The notes under the pieces were generated by a model. The model was not told where the DNA came from, made no database searches, and worked only from the letters and a program-made list of their open reading frames with translations. Shown here one piece after another: positions 1 through 9,266 of a stretch of DNA of 64,000 nucleotides (position 1 is its first letter; each line of letters begins with the position of its first letter). Source of the stretch: Candidatus Omnitrophota bacterium (GTDB lineage: Bacteria > Omnitrophota > Gorgyraeia > Gygaellales > Profunditerraquicolaceae); contig JAPLLS010000093.1 in NCBI GenBank assembly GCA_026387435.1, positions 1,059 to 65,058 on the forward strand, written 5' to 3'. Both the position numbers and the translations under genes were made by a program.

Positions 1-2
1 AT

Positions 3-971
3 GAGCCGCATGCTGCCGCGGACATTTTTAAAAATAAATACGGCGACTGTAAAGATCAGGCCGTGCTCTTAGTAGCCATGTTAAACAGCGCCGGATTCCA
101 GGCCCGGCCCGTTCTTATCGGAACCAGAGATGCCTATAATCTTGACGAGAATTTTCCCAACATGCTTTTTAATCACGCCATCGCCGCGGTGATCTTCGAA
201 GGCAGGACGATTTTTCTCGATGCCACCGCCGAAACCTGCTCCTTCGGCGATTTACCTGCGGGAGATCAGGAAAGAAAAGTCCTGATGTGTTCGCAGGAAG
301 GCTACAAGATCGAAACTACGCCGCTTTATCCGGCCGGGCATAATCTTGTCCGTCAGGTAGCCGATATAAATATCAATGATGACGAAAGCATTATTGCCGA
401 TAAATCAGTTTATAGCTTCGGCGTGTATGATCAATCGCAAAGATACTGGTTGCTTTACACCATGCCCGAAGTAGTCAGGGACCAGATCGCGGAAAAAGCC
501 CAGGATGTTTCCATCGGCGCCAAGCTGGAAAGTTACAAGGTGAAAAATCTTAATGACTTGAATAAACCGGTAGAGTTGAATTATAAATTCCGCGGTCCGG
601 AATATCTGGTTCCGGGTGGCAACCTTCGGATCTTGCCGCAGGTTGGCAACTTAGACACGGGCCTTGTGGCCAAAGACAGCCGCAAATACCCCATAGATTT
701 CAATTTTTTGGACATCAAAGAGCTGGAGTTAAATTTACTTTTGCCGGCCAATTTTATGATAAAATATATTCCGGAAAAGATTTCTAAAGACAGCCCCTGG
801 ATGAAGTTTGAAGCCTCTTACAGTTCCGAGGGGAGGAAACTTGTTTTTAAGCAAAAGCTTGAAGTAAAAAAGAATAAAGTTCTCGAGAGCGAGTATCCTG
901 CTTTTAAGGCTTTTTTTGAGGGACTGGCTAAGTCACTCAAGCAGCGTGCGGTACTAGAAAGAAGAAAATGA
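3..971 (+). CDS. Transglutaminase-like / DUF3857-DUF3858 type protein, 5'-partial
   Basis: Frame is open from position 3 (EPHAAADIFKNKYGDCKDQAVLL). GDCKD catalytic Cys, FNHAI His and FLDAT Asp form the transglutaminase-like triad; beta-rich C-terminal domain. Confidence 0.8.
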   Translation, partial: EPHAAADIFKNKYGDCKDQAVLLVAMLNSAGFQARPVLIGTRDAYNLDENFPNMLFNHAIAAVIFEGRTIFLDATAETCSFGDLPAGDQERKVLMCSQEGYKIETTPLYPAGHNLVRQVADININDDESIIADKSVYSFGVYDQSQRYWLLYTMPEVVRDQIAEKAQDVSIGAKLESYKVKNLNDLNKPVELNYKFRGPEYLVPGGNLRILPQVGNLDTGLVAKDSRKYPIDFNFLDIKELELNLLLPANFMIKYIPEKISKDSPWMKFEASYSSEGRKLVFKQKLEVKKNKVLESEYPAFKAFFEGLAKSLKQRAVLERRK

Positions 972-2626
972 TCGAGAAGAGTTTTATCGACGAGCGCAGG
1001 CAATACAAAAGGCTGGATTCGGTTTTTCCCGTTCAGTTCAAGATTGTCAGCCCCGAAGGTAAGACTTTCTTAACGGACTGGATGCAGGGTTTTACCAGTA
1101 ATATCGGTAAGGGCGGCATAGTGAACGGCTACCTGAACATCAAGCTTGTCCAGGGCAACCGGGTGCTCGTGGAGCAGCTGATCAAGATTTTGCAGGACTC
1201 CAGCGTGGCCAAACAAAAGATAAAAGAAATAAACCGGAGTAAAGAAGAATTGCAGCTGAAAATCGACGCGCTGCAATCGCGCATCAAGACCGTAGAGGAG
1301 GAAAAGGTGAGTTGGGCGGCAAAAGCTAAGGCCGAAGAAGATAAATCTATCCTGAGCGCAAAGGAGCTCAGCGTTATCAGCGAGAAGCTGGGCCGGGAAA
1401 AAACAGCCTTGCAGGAACAGCTGATCGGCCTGCAGCGCAAAGAAAGCGTAGTAACCGGGCAGTTGCTGGATCTGGGCCAGAAGAAGTCGGCGTTGGAGAA
1501 AGCCAATTTCGATAAGATGTACCGCTGGCTGGTCGTTCATCAAAATCACCATACCGGGCTTCTAATGAGCTTTGAGGGGGACAGCGAGGTGGCTGACTGG
1601 GCTTTTATTTACGACCAGTCGCTGGCCTTGCAGGCTTATGTTAATTCCCTGGATTTTGAGCGCGCCAAACTGATGCTGGAATTCTTTAGCCGCAAAGCTA
1701 AAAAAGTCGACGGGCTTTTTGTCAACGCTTATTACGCGGATGACGGTAATCCCGCTGAATACATTGTGCATAGCGGACCGAATATCTGGCTGGGCTTAGC
1801 TATTTGCCAGTATACCAAAAAGACCGGCGATAATAAATATTTGCGCCTGGCGGAAGAGATAGCCCAGAATATAATCGGCCTACAGGCGCAGGATAAGGAA
1901 GGGGGATTGCGCGGCGGGCCCAGAGTGGAGTGGTATTCCACCGAGCATAACCTTGACGATTACGCTTTTTTCAATATGCTTTATAAAATCACCGCCAAAA
2001 ATGTTTATCAGCAAGCCCGGGATAATATCCTCAACTGGCTGGTCAGCCATACCTACGATAAAACAAATACTTCCATCAAACGCGGCAAGGGAGATTCGAC
2101 GATCGCCACGGATACCTATGCCTGGTCGATCGCGGCCATCGGCCCCAAGAAATTAAGTGAACTGGGAATGAACCCCGACAAGATCCTTGAGTTCGCCGAA
2201 GAGAATTGCGCGGTGGAAGTTGCTTTTGTCAGGCCCGAAGGGAAAAGTGTCAATGTCCGGGGTTTTGACTTCGCGGCCAAGAACCATATAGCCCGCGGCG
2301 GAGTGGTTTCTTCGGAATGGACCGCTCAAATGATCATGGCTTTCAAGATCATGGCCAGATATTACCATGAAAAAGGCCTGGACAATAAAGCCGTAAGCTA
2401 TGAAGAGAAAGCCGACGACTATATGTCGCAGCTTTGCAATATGATCATTTCCAGCCCTTCGCCTTCGGGCCAGGGCGCGGGCTGCTTGCCTTACGCCAGC
2501 ATTGATTTTGTAGATACCGGGCATGGTTGGATGACCCCTAAAGGACAAGCTACGGGTTCGGTTTCCGGGACTGCGTATGCTTTATTCGCGTATTATAATT
2601 ATAACCCTTTAGAGCTCAAAGAATAA
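968..2626 (+). CDS. Partial PilZ domain + coiled coil + six-hairpin glycosidase-like domain protein
   Basis: ERRQYKR (RxxxR) and SNIGKGG PilZ motifs, long heptad region, then an (alpha/alpha)-toroid-like domain with STEHNLD, ATDTYAW, SSEWTAQ. Confidence 0.6.
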   Translation: MIEKSFIDERRQYKRLDSVFPVQFKIVSPEGKTFLTDWMQGFTSNIGKGGIVNGYLNIKLVQGNRVLVEQLIKILQDSSVAKQKIKEINRSKEELQLKIDALQSRIKTVEEEKVSWAAKAKAEEDKSILSAKELSVISEKLGREKTALQEQLIGLQRKESVVTGQLLDLGQKKSALEKANFDKMYRWLVVHQNHHTGLLMSFEGDSEVADWAFIYDQSLALQAYVNSLDFERAKLMLEFFSRKAKKVDGLFVNAYYADDGNPAEYIVHSGPNIWLGLAICQYTKKTGDNKYLRLAEEIAQNIIGLQAQDKEGGLRGGPRVEWYSTEHNLDDYAFFNMLYKITAKNVYQQARDNILNWLVSHTYDKTNTSIKRGKGDSTIATDTYAWSIAAIGPKKLSELGMNPDKILEFAEENCAVEVAFVRPEGKSVNVRGFDFAAKNHIARGGVVSSEWTAQMIMAFKIMARYYHEKGLDNKAVSYEEKADDYMSQLCNMIISSPSPSGQGAGCLPYASIDFVDTGHGWMTPKGQATGSVSGTAYALFAYYNYNPLELKE

Positions 2627-2633
2627 ACAAAGA

Positions 2634-5477
2634 ATGAAAACCACCTGTTTTAGATCCTCATGGCCTGGATTCTGGGCGGGGATATTATTTTCACTATCAA
2701 TTGTTTTTTTTACTAAATGCTCGTTTGCTTCTGAATTGCCCCGCTACGATATCGCGGCATCCCTGGATGCTCAAAATCACAGCCTAAAAGCCAAAGAGAA
2801 GGTAGTTTTTACCAACAACTCCGATGTTCCGGTCAACGAAATATTTTTCCATATTTATCCCCACCGCCAATATACCAAAAAAGAGATAAAATTCATGTAT
2901 CAATATTCCGGGTATATTAAGGTTAATCTTTTTCCGGAAGGATTCCAAAGCGGCGATTTGAAGATCAATTCCGCTCAAAGCGCCGGCAAGCCCCTTACCT
3001 ATATAATAGAGGGCGATGATCAAACGATTTTGAAGGTTAAGCTGGATTCCGGATTGAACCCCGGGGAGTCCCGGGAGATCGAGATCGATTTTAGCCTGGA
3101 TATTCCCCATTGCTGGAACAGATTGGGATACCATCGGGATATTATTACCTTGACCCGCTGGTATCCTATTTTAAGCGTTCTGGATAAATCCGGGTGGCAT
3201 AATTATCCGTTTTACATCTATCATCAGCCGTTCTTTAGCGATGCCGCATACTATAAGCTGGAACTGACTTTACCCAAGGAGCAAAAATTAGCCTGCGGGG
3301 CTTATTTAAAAACCGAAACTTTAAATCCCGACAACACCAAAACTTTAGTTTTGGAAAATGAAGCGCCGATGCGCGATCTGGGTTTGGCTATTTCTGCGAA
3401 CTTCCAGGTTTTTTCTTTAAACCAGGACAATTTCCGGATCAATGTTTTTTATCCCCAAGGCGAGCTTAAATTTGCCCGGGAAGCTGCCAATAACGCTGCC
3501 GCGGCGATGAAATTTTACGGCCAGCGTTTTGGAGCCTATCCTTATAAAGAATTCACTATAGCCCCCAGCTACCTGGGGTTCGGCGGAGATCAGTCTTCCG
3601 GGATGATCTTTATCGATGTCCGGATGTTCCGGCTGCCAAGGTTTCTTTGCCGCTATTCTGATTTCATGATCGCCCATGAAACCGGACATCAATGGTTCTA
3701 TAACATCGTCGGCTCGGACGAATACAAAGAGATGTTTCTTGACGAAGGAGTGAATTCGTATTGGCTCCTGCGCCACCTGGAGGATAAGTACGGTTATAAC
3801 GCTCAGGTGATGGGCTTACCTAAAAGCTTGGTCTGGCTGGTTCCGAACTTTTCTTTCCGGGATTCCACCGCCAGCCGTTACATCTACCTGGCCAAGAACG
3901 GCTACGACCGGCCGGTGATCGGCGAGCTTTCCAGTTTCAAAGAACCTTCTTCGATCTTTGCCCTGGCTTATGGAAAAGGTTCTGCGTTCTTAAGCATGTT
4001 GGAAGCCCAGGTCGGCAAAGATGTCTTTGATCGGATCATGATCCATTACGCCCGGGAGTTTCGTTTCAAAAACGCCAGCCTTGACGATTTTATCCGGATT
4101 TGCCGGGAAGAATCCCGGCAAAAGCTGGATGAGTTCTTCCGCCAGTGGCTTAAGACCTCCCGGAGCTGCGATTTCGCGGTTAAATCCGTGCAGCCGGGCA
4201 AAGTTATCCTTGAAAACCGGGGCGACCTTCAAATGCCGGTAAAGACCCAAGTGGTCTTGAATGACGGGACCGAAGTCATCGATCAGTGGACGGGAGAAGA
4301 TAAATTCCGCGAGATAGCTATTCCTAAAGATAAAACAACAAAAGAAGTAAATATTGATCCGGATAAAATCATTGATTTGGACCTTGACCGCACCAATAAC
4401 CATTGGCCCAAAAAATTCAGGTTTAAACCGGTGTCGATATATTTTTTCCCCTGGGAGCTTTCAATTTTTCAAGATAGGGACGCTTACAATGCAGCGGCCG
4501 GGCCTTCTTTAGGCGGCTCTTCAATAGGCGCGGCCGCTTCAGCTCAAAAACCGTACGACCAGGTTATCCGGGCAAGTTCGGCCTATGATTTTAGCGGCAA
4601 GGCAGTGGACTCTAAACTGGGATATGAACTCGACCATATTTTGGGCCGGCATAACAGCCTGGGTTTTGAGATTTTTGATTACGATTCCAGCAAAGATGGT
4701 TTTGACGTTGCCGGAGGTAAGCTTTACTGGCGCAAGGAGCTTTGGCCGGCAGCTTACGGTATTTTCGATGTCAATGACCATGTAACTTTTTATCTAGTTA
4801 AAGACCGTAAATTAGACTCGACTGCGACTTTAAACGGCCAGGAATCCATAACCAACCTTAAGTACGCCAAAAAAGACGAGTCTATATTGGGGATAACCGG
4901 CTCGATGAACAGGTGCGGTCCTTCTTTTGACCCGGATTACGGCTGGAAATTCCTGCCTACGCAGGAATTTTCAGGACATTTTTTAGGCGGCAATCAGTCT
5001 TTTTGGCGGTCAAGCGCCGAGTTGGAAAATTATTATTTGGCCCTTCCCCGTTACCAGCAGAAGCTGGCCAGCCGGATCAAGGTTGGCCTGGGCGGACAAT
5101 TCGACAAGAATCTTTTCCAAATAGGCGGATGGGAAGGTTTGCGCGGCTACGATTTTAAGAGTATCGACGGATCGCGGATGATCCTGGGGAGCCTGGAATA
5201 CCGTTTTCCGGTCCTCGGTGACCTTAAATTTTATTTCCTGGATAATATTTTTTGTTTGAACAAGATCCAGGGCGTGGTTTTTTTTGACGCTGGCAAAGCC
5301 TGGTATTCTGATTTCTCGGCCAGGAATTTCAAGAAAGACGTCGGGTTGGGGCTGAGGATACATCTGGGCGCAGTAGGAATTCTGGAAAAAGCGGTTTTAC
5401 GCCTGGATGTTGCCCGGGCCATCAACGAGCCCAAAGAGGATCCGCATATCTGGGCGGGGATAAACCAGTCTTTTTAA
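2634..5477 (+). CDS. M1 family metallopeptidase fused to C-terminal Omp85/BamA-like beta-barrel
   Basis: Signal peptide; HETGH-x18-E zinc motif; AYGKG; C-terminal GWEGLRGY, FFDAGKAW, DVGLGLR and terminal Phe (GINQSF). Confidence 0.75.
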   Translation: MKTTCFRSSWPGFWAGILFSLSIVFFTKCSFASELPRYDIAASLDAQNHSLKAKEKVVFTNNSDVPVNEIFFHIYPHRQYTKKEIKFMYQYSGYIKVNLFPEGFQSGDLKINSAQSAGKPLTYIIEGDDQTILKVKLDSGLNPGESREIEIDFSLDIPHCWNRLGYHRDIITLTRWYPILSVLDKSGWHNYPFYIYHQPFFSDAAYYKLELTLPKEQKLACGAYLKTETLNPDNTKTLVLENEAPMRDLGLAISANFQVFSLNQDNFRINVFYPQGELKFAREAANNAAAAMKFYGQRFGAYPYKEFTIAPSYLGFGGDQSSGMIFIDVRMFRLPRFLCRYSDFMIAHETGHQWFYNIVGSDEYKEMFLDEGVNSYWLLRHLEDKYGYNAQVMGLPKSLVWLVPNFSFRDSTASRYIYLAKNGYDRPVIGELSSFKEPSSIFALAYGKGSAFLSMLEAQVGKDVFDRIMIHYAREFRFKNASLDDFIRICREESRQKLDEFFRQWLKTSRSCDFAVKSVQPGKVILENRGDLQMPVKTQVVLNDGTEVIDQWTGEDKFREIAIPKDKTTKEVNIDPDKIIDLDLDRTNNHWPKKFRFKPVSIYFFPWELSIFQDRDAYNAAAGPSLGGSSIGAAASAQKPYDQVIRASSAYDFSGKAVDSKLGYELDHILGRHNSLGFEIFDYDSSKDGFDVAGGKLYWRKELWPAAYGIFDVNDHVTFYLVKDRKLDSTATLNGQESITNLKYAKKDESILGITGSMNRCGPSFDPDYGWKFLPTQEFSGHFLGGNQSFWRSSAELENYYLALPRYQQKLASRIKVGLGGQFDKNLFQIGGWEGLRGYDFKSIDGSRMILGSLEYRFPVLGDLKFYFLDNIFCLNKIQGVVFFDAGKAWYSDFSARNFKKDVGLGLRIHLGAVGILEKAVLRLDVARAINEPKEDPHIWAGINQSF

Positions 5478-5529
5478 CAAGACCTCACAGGGATTTGTGA
5501 TTGCCGGAGATTAAAAGCCGGGTATTGTG

Positions 5530-5558
5530 TTGACAGGGAAAGTGTTTTGTGCCAGAAT
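5530..5558 (+). promoter_or_regulatory. sigma70-type promoter
   Basis: TTGACA-17bp-CAGAAT with TG extension, 10 nt before ATG 5569. Confidence 0.55.
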
Positions 5559-5568
5559 AATTCCCGCG

Positions 5569-6696
5569 ATGATAAACAAAAGACGTTTAATAAAATTAAC
5601 TCAAGACCTGATCCGGATCGATTCCCAGAATCCGAATGGTAATGAGTATGAGATCGCTCGTTGGGTTAAAACCTACTTGGGTAGAATCGGAATTCCGGCC
5701 CGGTTATATGAGTTCAGGCCGAAACGGACCAATGTTGTGGCCACAATGGCCGGACAAGACAAAACTAAATCCTTGTTGATTACCCCTCATTTGGATACTG
5801 TGCCGGCCGGATCGGCCTGGAAATTCGATCCTTTTGCGGGGAAGATCAAAGGCGCAAAAATGTACGGGCTGGGCGCCACTGATTGTAAGGGTAATCTTGC
5901 TTGTGCCCTGGAAGTCATCAACAGTTTGGTCGAAGAAAAAATAAAACTGGGGTATGATCTGGTTTTCGCAGCTACTGCCAATGAGGAATCCGGCTCGGAA
6001 TTCGGGCTGATCGCTCTTCTGGATAAAGGGATACTCAAGCCCACGGCGGCAATGGTCCTGGACGCGGACGATTTCGAGGTTGTGGTCACTCAAAAGGGCT
6101 TGATCCATCTTAAAATAATAATCAGGGGGATCAAGGCTCACGGAGCCTATCCCTGGCTGGGGGTAAATGCTATCGACATCGCTCTGAAGGTCCTGGCCGA
6201 GTTAAAGTGCATGAAATCACGCTTTAGTCCAAATAAGTTCCTTAAGCCGCCGACCATGAACATCGGCACTATTAGGGGAGGGGACAAAGTCAACGTCGTT
6301 GCGGATCGCTGCGAGTTTGAACTGGATTTCCGCTACCTGCCCGGCATGTCCGCCGATACTTTATTGAAAGCTATCAGAAAGATCACGGCCAAGCACGCGA
6401 AAAAATTTGCGATAGAAATTGACGGGGTCCAGAAACCTTATGATATTTGCCCGGACCATCCGATGGTTCTTGGTTTACAGAACGCCGGGAAAAAATTCAA
6501 AGTAACTTGCCCGGTTCGGGGTTCTGAGGGGGCAACGGTTATTACTTTCTTCCAGGATAAATCAATTCCGGCGATCGCCACCGGTTTCGGCTCCGAAGGA
6601 ATGGCGCACATGGCCGATGAATACGTATTGGTCGACAACCTTTATAAAGGCAGCCTTGTTCTGGAAGAGTTTCTGAAAAATTACAAATTTTCTTAG
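5569..6696 (+). CDS. M20 family metallopeptidase (ArgE/DapE-like)
   Basis: HLDTV, GLGATDCKG, NEESG, AHG, GGDKVNVV, AHMADE motifs; ATG 5569 preferred because the upstream GTG overlaps the promoter. Confidence 0.9.
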   Translation: MINKRRLIKLTQDLIRIDSQNPNGNEYEIARWVKTYLGRIGIPARLYEFRPKRTNVVATMAGQDKTKSLLITPHLDTVPAGSAWKFDPFAGKIKGAKMYGLGATDCKGNLACALEVINSLVEEKIKLGYDLVFAATANEESGSEFGLIALLDKGILKPTAAMVLDADDFEVVVTQKGLIHLKIIIRGIKAHGAYPWLGVNAIDIALKVLAELKCMKSRFSPNKFLKPPTMNIGTIRGGDKVNVVADRCEFELDFRYLPGMSADTLLKAIRKITAKHAKKFAIEIDGVQKPYDICPDHPMVLGLQNAGKKFKVTCPVRGSEGATVITFFQDKSIPAIATGFGSEGMAHMADEYVLVDNLYKGSLVLEEFLKNYKFS

Positions 6697-6755
6697 ATAT
6701 AAAAGTAATTTGTGTTAAAATTTATCTGGAAACCCAAGTTAAAAAGAGGAATAAA

Positions 6756-7721
6756 ATGGAACGCATAAAATTTTCCCGCAAACCCAGATTGAAAAACCCC
6801 TATTTGATCGTCGCCTGGCCCGGCATGGGCGAAGTGGCTTTTAAGGCTGCGAGTTTCCTGTTGGATAAACTTAAGGCCGAGGAATTCGCTGAGATCCTTG
6901 CCAACGAGTTCTTTTACTTGTCCGAAAGCGTGGTTCAAGACGGGATACTCAGCCTTCCTGAAATGCCTTTTAACAAGTTTTATTTCGCTAAATTGAAAAA
7001 CGCGAAAAATGACCTAATCATATTTTTAAGCGACGCCCAGCCTGACCTGACCAAAGCCGAGGAGTATTGTAACAGCATTATTGCCTTGGCCAAAAAGTAT
7101 AAGGTTAAAGAAGTGATCAGCTTTGCGGCCATGCCTCAGCCCGTAGACCACAGCCAGCAGCCCGGCGTCTGGTTTACTTCTACATCCATTCCTATCAACG
7201 AGCGATTGAAAAGTCTGGATCTCCGGCCTCTGACCGATGGCCAGATCAGCGGCCTTAACGGACTGTTCCTGGGTTTGGCTAAGAAAGCGGGTTTTGGCGG
7301 ATTTTGCCTTTTGGGGGAGATACCGCTTTATACCATACAGATCGAGAATCCTAAAGCTTCTTTTGCCGTGCTGGAGAGCCTCAAGAAGGTCATCGCCTTT
7401 GAGGTTGATTTATCCGAATTGCTCGATCAGGCCCATGTTATGGAAGAGCAAATCAACAGCCTTCTGGATCACCTGAAATCCGGTCCGACCCCCGGCCCTA
7501 TCGGCGAAGAAGAGATCGAAAAGATAAAGAAGACCCTCAGCCAGCTTACCAAGCTTCCTTTGTCGGTCAAGGAGAAGATCGAGAAGATGTTTATTCAGGC
7601 CAATAGCGATATCGCTAAGGCCCATGAATTAAAATCCGAGCTTGATAAATGGAGCGTTTATAAGGAGTACGAAGACAGGTTCCTCGATCTTTTTAAAAAA
7701 GCCAAAAACCAGAACAATTAG
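6756..7721 (+). CDS. PAC2 family (proteasome assembly chaperone-like) protein
   Basis: PYLIVAWPGMGEVA, DAQP, GQISGLNGL, CLLGE, ENPKAS pattern; extra C-terminal helical domain. Confidence 0.8.
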   Translation: MERIKFSRKPRLKNPYLIVAWPGMGEVAFKAASFLLDKLKAEEFAEILANEFFYLSESVVQDGILSLPEMPFNKFYFAKLKNAKNDLIIFLSDAQPDLTKAEEYCNSIIALAKKYKVKEVISFAAMPQPVDHSQQPGVWFTSTSIPINERLKSLDLRPLTDGQISGLNGLFLGLAKKAGFGGFCLLGEIPLYTIQIENPKASFAVLESLKKVIAFEVDLSELLDQAHVMEEQINSLLDHLKSGPTPGPIGEEEIEKIKKTLSQLTKLPLSVKEKIEKMFIQANSDIAKAHELKSELDKWSVYKEYEDRFLDLFKKAKNQNN

Positions 7722-8344
7722 TGAATAACCAAATTAAAGTGATCGTTTTCGATCTGGGAAGGGTTTTGATCGATTTCGACCATCAGATCGCCGCGAAAAA
7801 GATCGCCGAGCTTACCCGAAAAGATCCCCAGCAAATCTTTGATCTTTTTTTCGATTCCCAGCTTATCCAGTCTTTTGAAAGAGGCAAGATCTCCGCCGAG
7901 GATTTTTTCGCAAGCGTATGCCGGCTGCTCGGCCTGCAGTTGAGTTTTGAGCAGTTCCTTTCGATCTGGAACCAGATTTTTTTCCTTTCCGAGGAGAACA
8001 AATCGGTCTACGCCCTGGGGAAAAGTCTTAAGAAAAACCTTCGCCTGGCTTTACTTTCCAATATCAACGCCCTGCATTTCGCTTATCTTAAGCTGAATTT
8101 TCCCGTCTTCGACATATTTAACGATATTTTCGCCTCCTGCGAGATGGGTTTTATCAAGCCCGAACCTGAGATTTATCGCCGGGTTATTTCTTCTTTAGGA
8201 GTCCTGCCTGAGGAGATTTTCTATGTAGACGACCGGCCGGAGTTGATCGAAGCGGCTTTAAAACTCGGCATCCGCGGTTTTGTTTTTAAAGGGGCCAACC
8301 AGCTTAAAATCGACCTGGTTTCTTGCGGCATTAACTTCCGATGA
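7721..8344 (+). CDS. HAD family phosphatase
   Basis: FDLGRV motif I, LLSN, KPEPEIY, YVDD. Confidence 0.9.
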   Translation: MNNQIKVIVFDLGRVLIDFDHQIAAKKIAELTRKDPQQIFDLFFDSQLIQSFERGKISAEDFFASVCRLLGLQLSFEQFLSIWNQIFFLSEENKSVYALGKSLKKNLRLALLSNINALHFAYLKLNFPVFDIFNDIFASCEMGFIKPEPEIYRRVISSLGVLPEEIFYVDDRPELIEAALKLGIRGFVFKGANQLKIDLVSCGINFR

Positions 8345-9075
8345 AAAGTCTCAAATATCAAAAAAGATTTTACCGAAAGTGGTACTATCCCCGGGATCTG
8401 TTTTCTAAGATTGTCGTTTTCCGGGAAACCGATCTGCAGATCCTCTGCGATAAGCTGATCGAAGCGGATTATGTTCTTGCCCGGGTCGAGAAATACCGCC
8501 GGCAGATCGAGCTGTATATTTGCAGAGACGAAAAGTTCCTGAGTTCTTTGAAACCCCTAACAGTAGAATTAACCGCGCCGATGATCGTTCGGGAAATGGC
8601 TGCAAGTTCCCGGAAAGCCAATGTCGGCCCCATGGCCGCGGTTGCCGGAGCTATTGCGGAGTATATCGGAAAGGATCTTTTGCGCAAAGGGGCAAAAACA
8701 GTGATTATTGAAAACGGGGGGGATATTTTCTTGAAAACCGAGCGTCCGGTCAAAGTTGGCTTATTCGCCGGCAAGACAAAGTTGTTAAGCCGATTGAAGT
8801 TAAAAATAAAGCCTCAGGATACCCCTTTAGGGATTTGCGCTTCTTCCGGGACGATCGGACATTCTTTGAGTTTCGGCTACGCCGACTGTGTGGTGATCAT
8901 AGCCCAAAATGCGCTTCTTGCCGACGCCACAGCTACCGCAACCGCCAACCGGGTCCGGGATAAAAAAGATCTGGAATCCGCCGTTAAATTCGCCCGCTCA
9001 ATAAAAGGTATAAGGGGTGTAGCGATTATTTTAAAAAATAATCTTGCCAGCTGGGGGGAAATCGAATTTGTTTAA
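8341..9075 (+). CDS. UPF0280 / ApbE-like protein
   Basis: ETDL, GPMAAVAGAIA, IENGGDI, SSGTIGHSLSFG, ADATAT. Confidence 0.85.
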   Translation: MKSLKYQKRFYRKWYYPRDLFSKIVVFRETDLQILCDKLIEADYVLARVEKYRRQIELYICRDEKFLSSLKPLTVELTAPMIVREMAASSRKANVGPMAAVAGAIAEYIGKDLLRKGAKTVIIENGGDIFLKTERPVKVGLFAGKTKLLSRLKLKIKPQDTPLGICASSGTIGHSLSFGYADCVVIIAQNALLADATATATANRVRDKKDLESAVKFARSIKGIRGVAIILKNNLASWGEIEFV

Positions 9076-9127
9076 AATTTTTAAAAAAATTATTTTAAAA
9101 AACCATTTTTCCGACGAGAGAAAACTC

Positions 9128-9155
9128 TTGACAAAAAGCGCAGTTATGGCAAAAT
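9128..9155 (+). promoter_or_regulatory. sigma70-type promoter of the ddl-like/kamA operon
   Basis: TTGACA at 9128, TG-extended CAAAAT at 9150. Confidence 0.5.
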
Positions 9156-9231
9156 TTACATTGTAATCAAGGTAACTTTAAGTAATTTTATGGAGGTTAG
9201 AGTACAAAATTGAAAAACTAAGGAAGTTTTT

Positions 9232-9264
9232 AAAGGCTCTGGTAATTCAAAGGAGCCTTTTTTT
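9232..9264 (+). terminator. Intrinsic terminator-like hairpin in the 5' leader (possible attenuator)
   Basis: AAAGGCTC...GAGCCTTT followed by TTTT, ending 2 nt before the GTG start. Confidence 0.6.
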
Positions 9265-9266
9265 GT

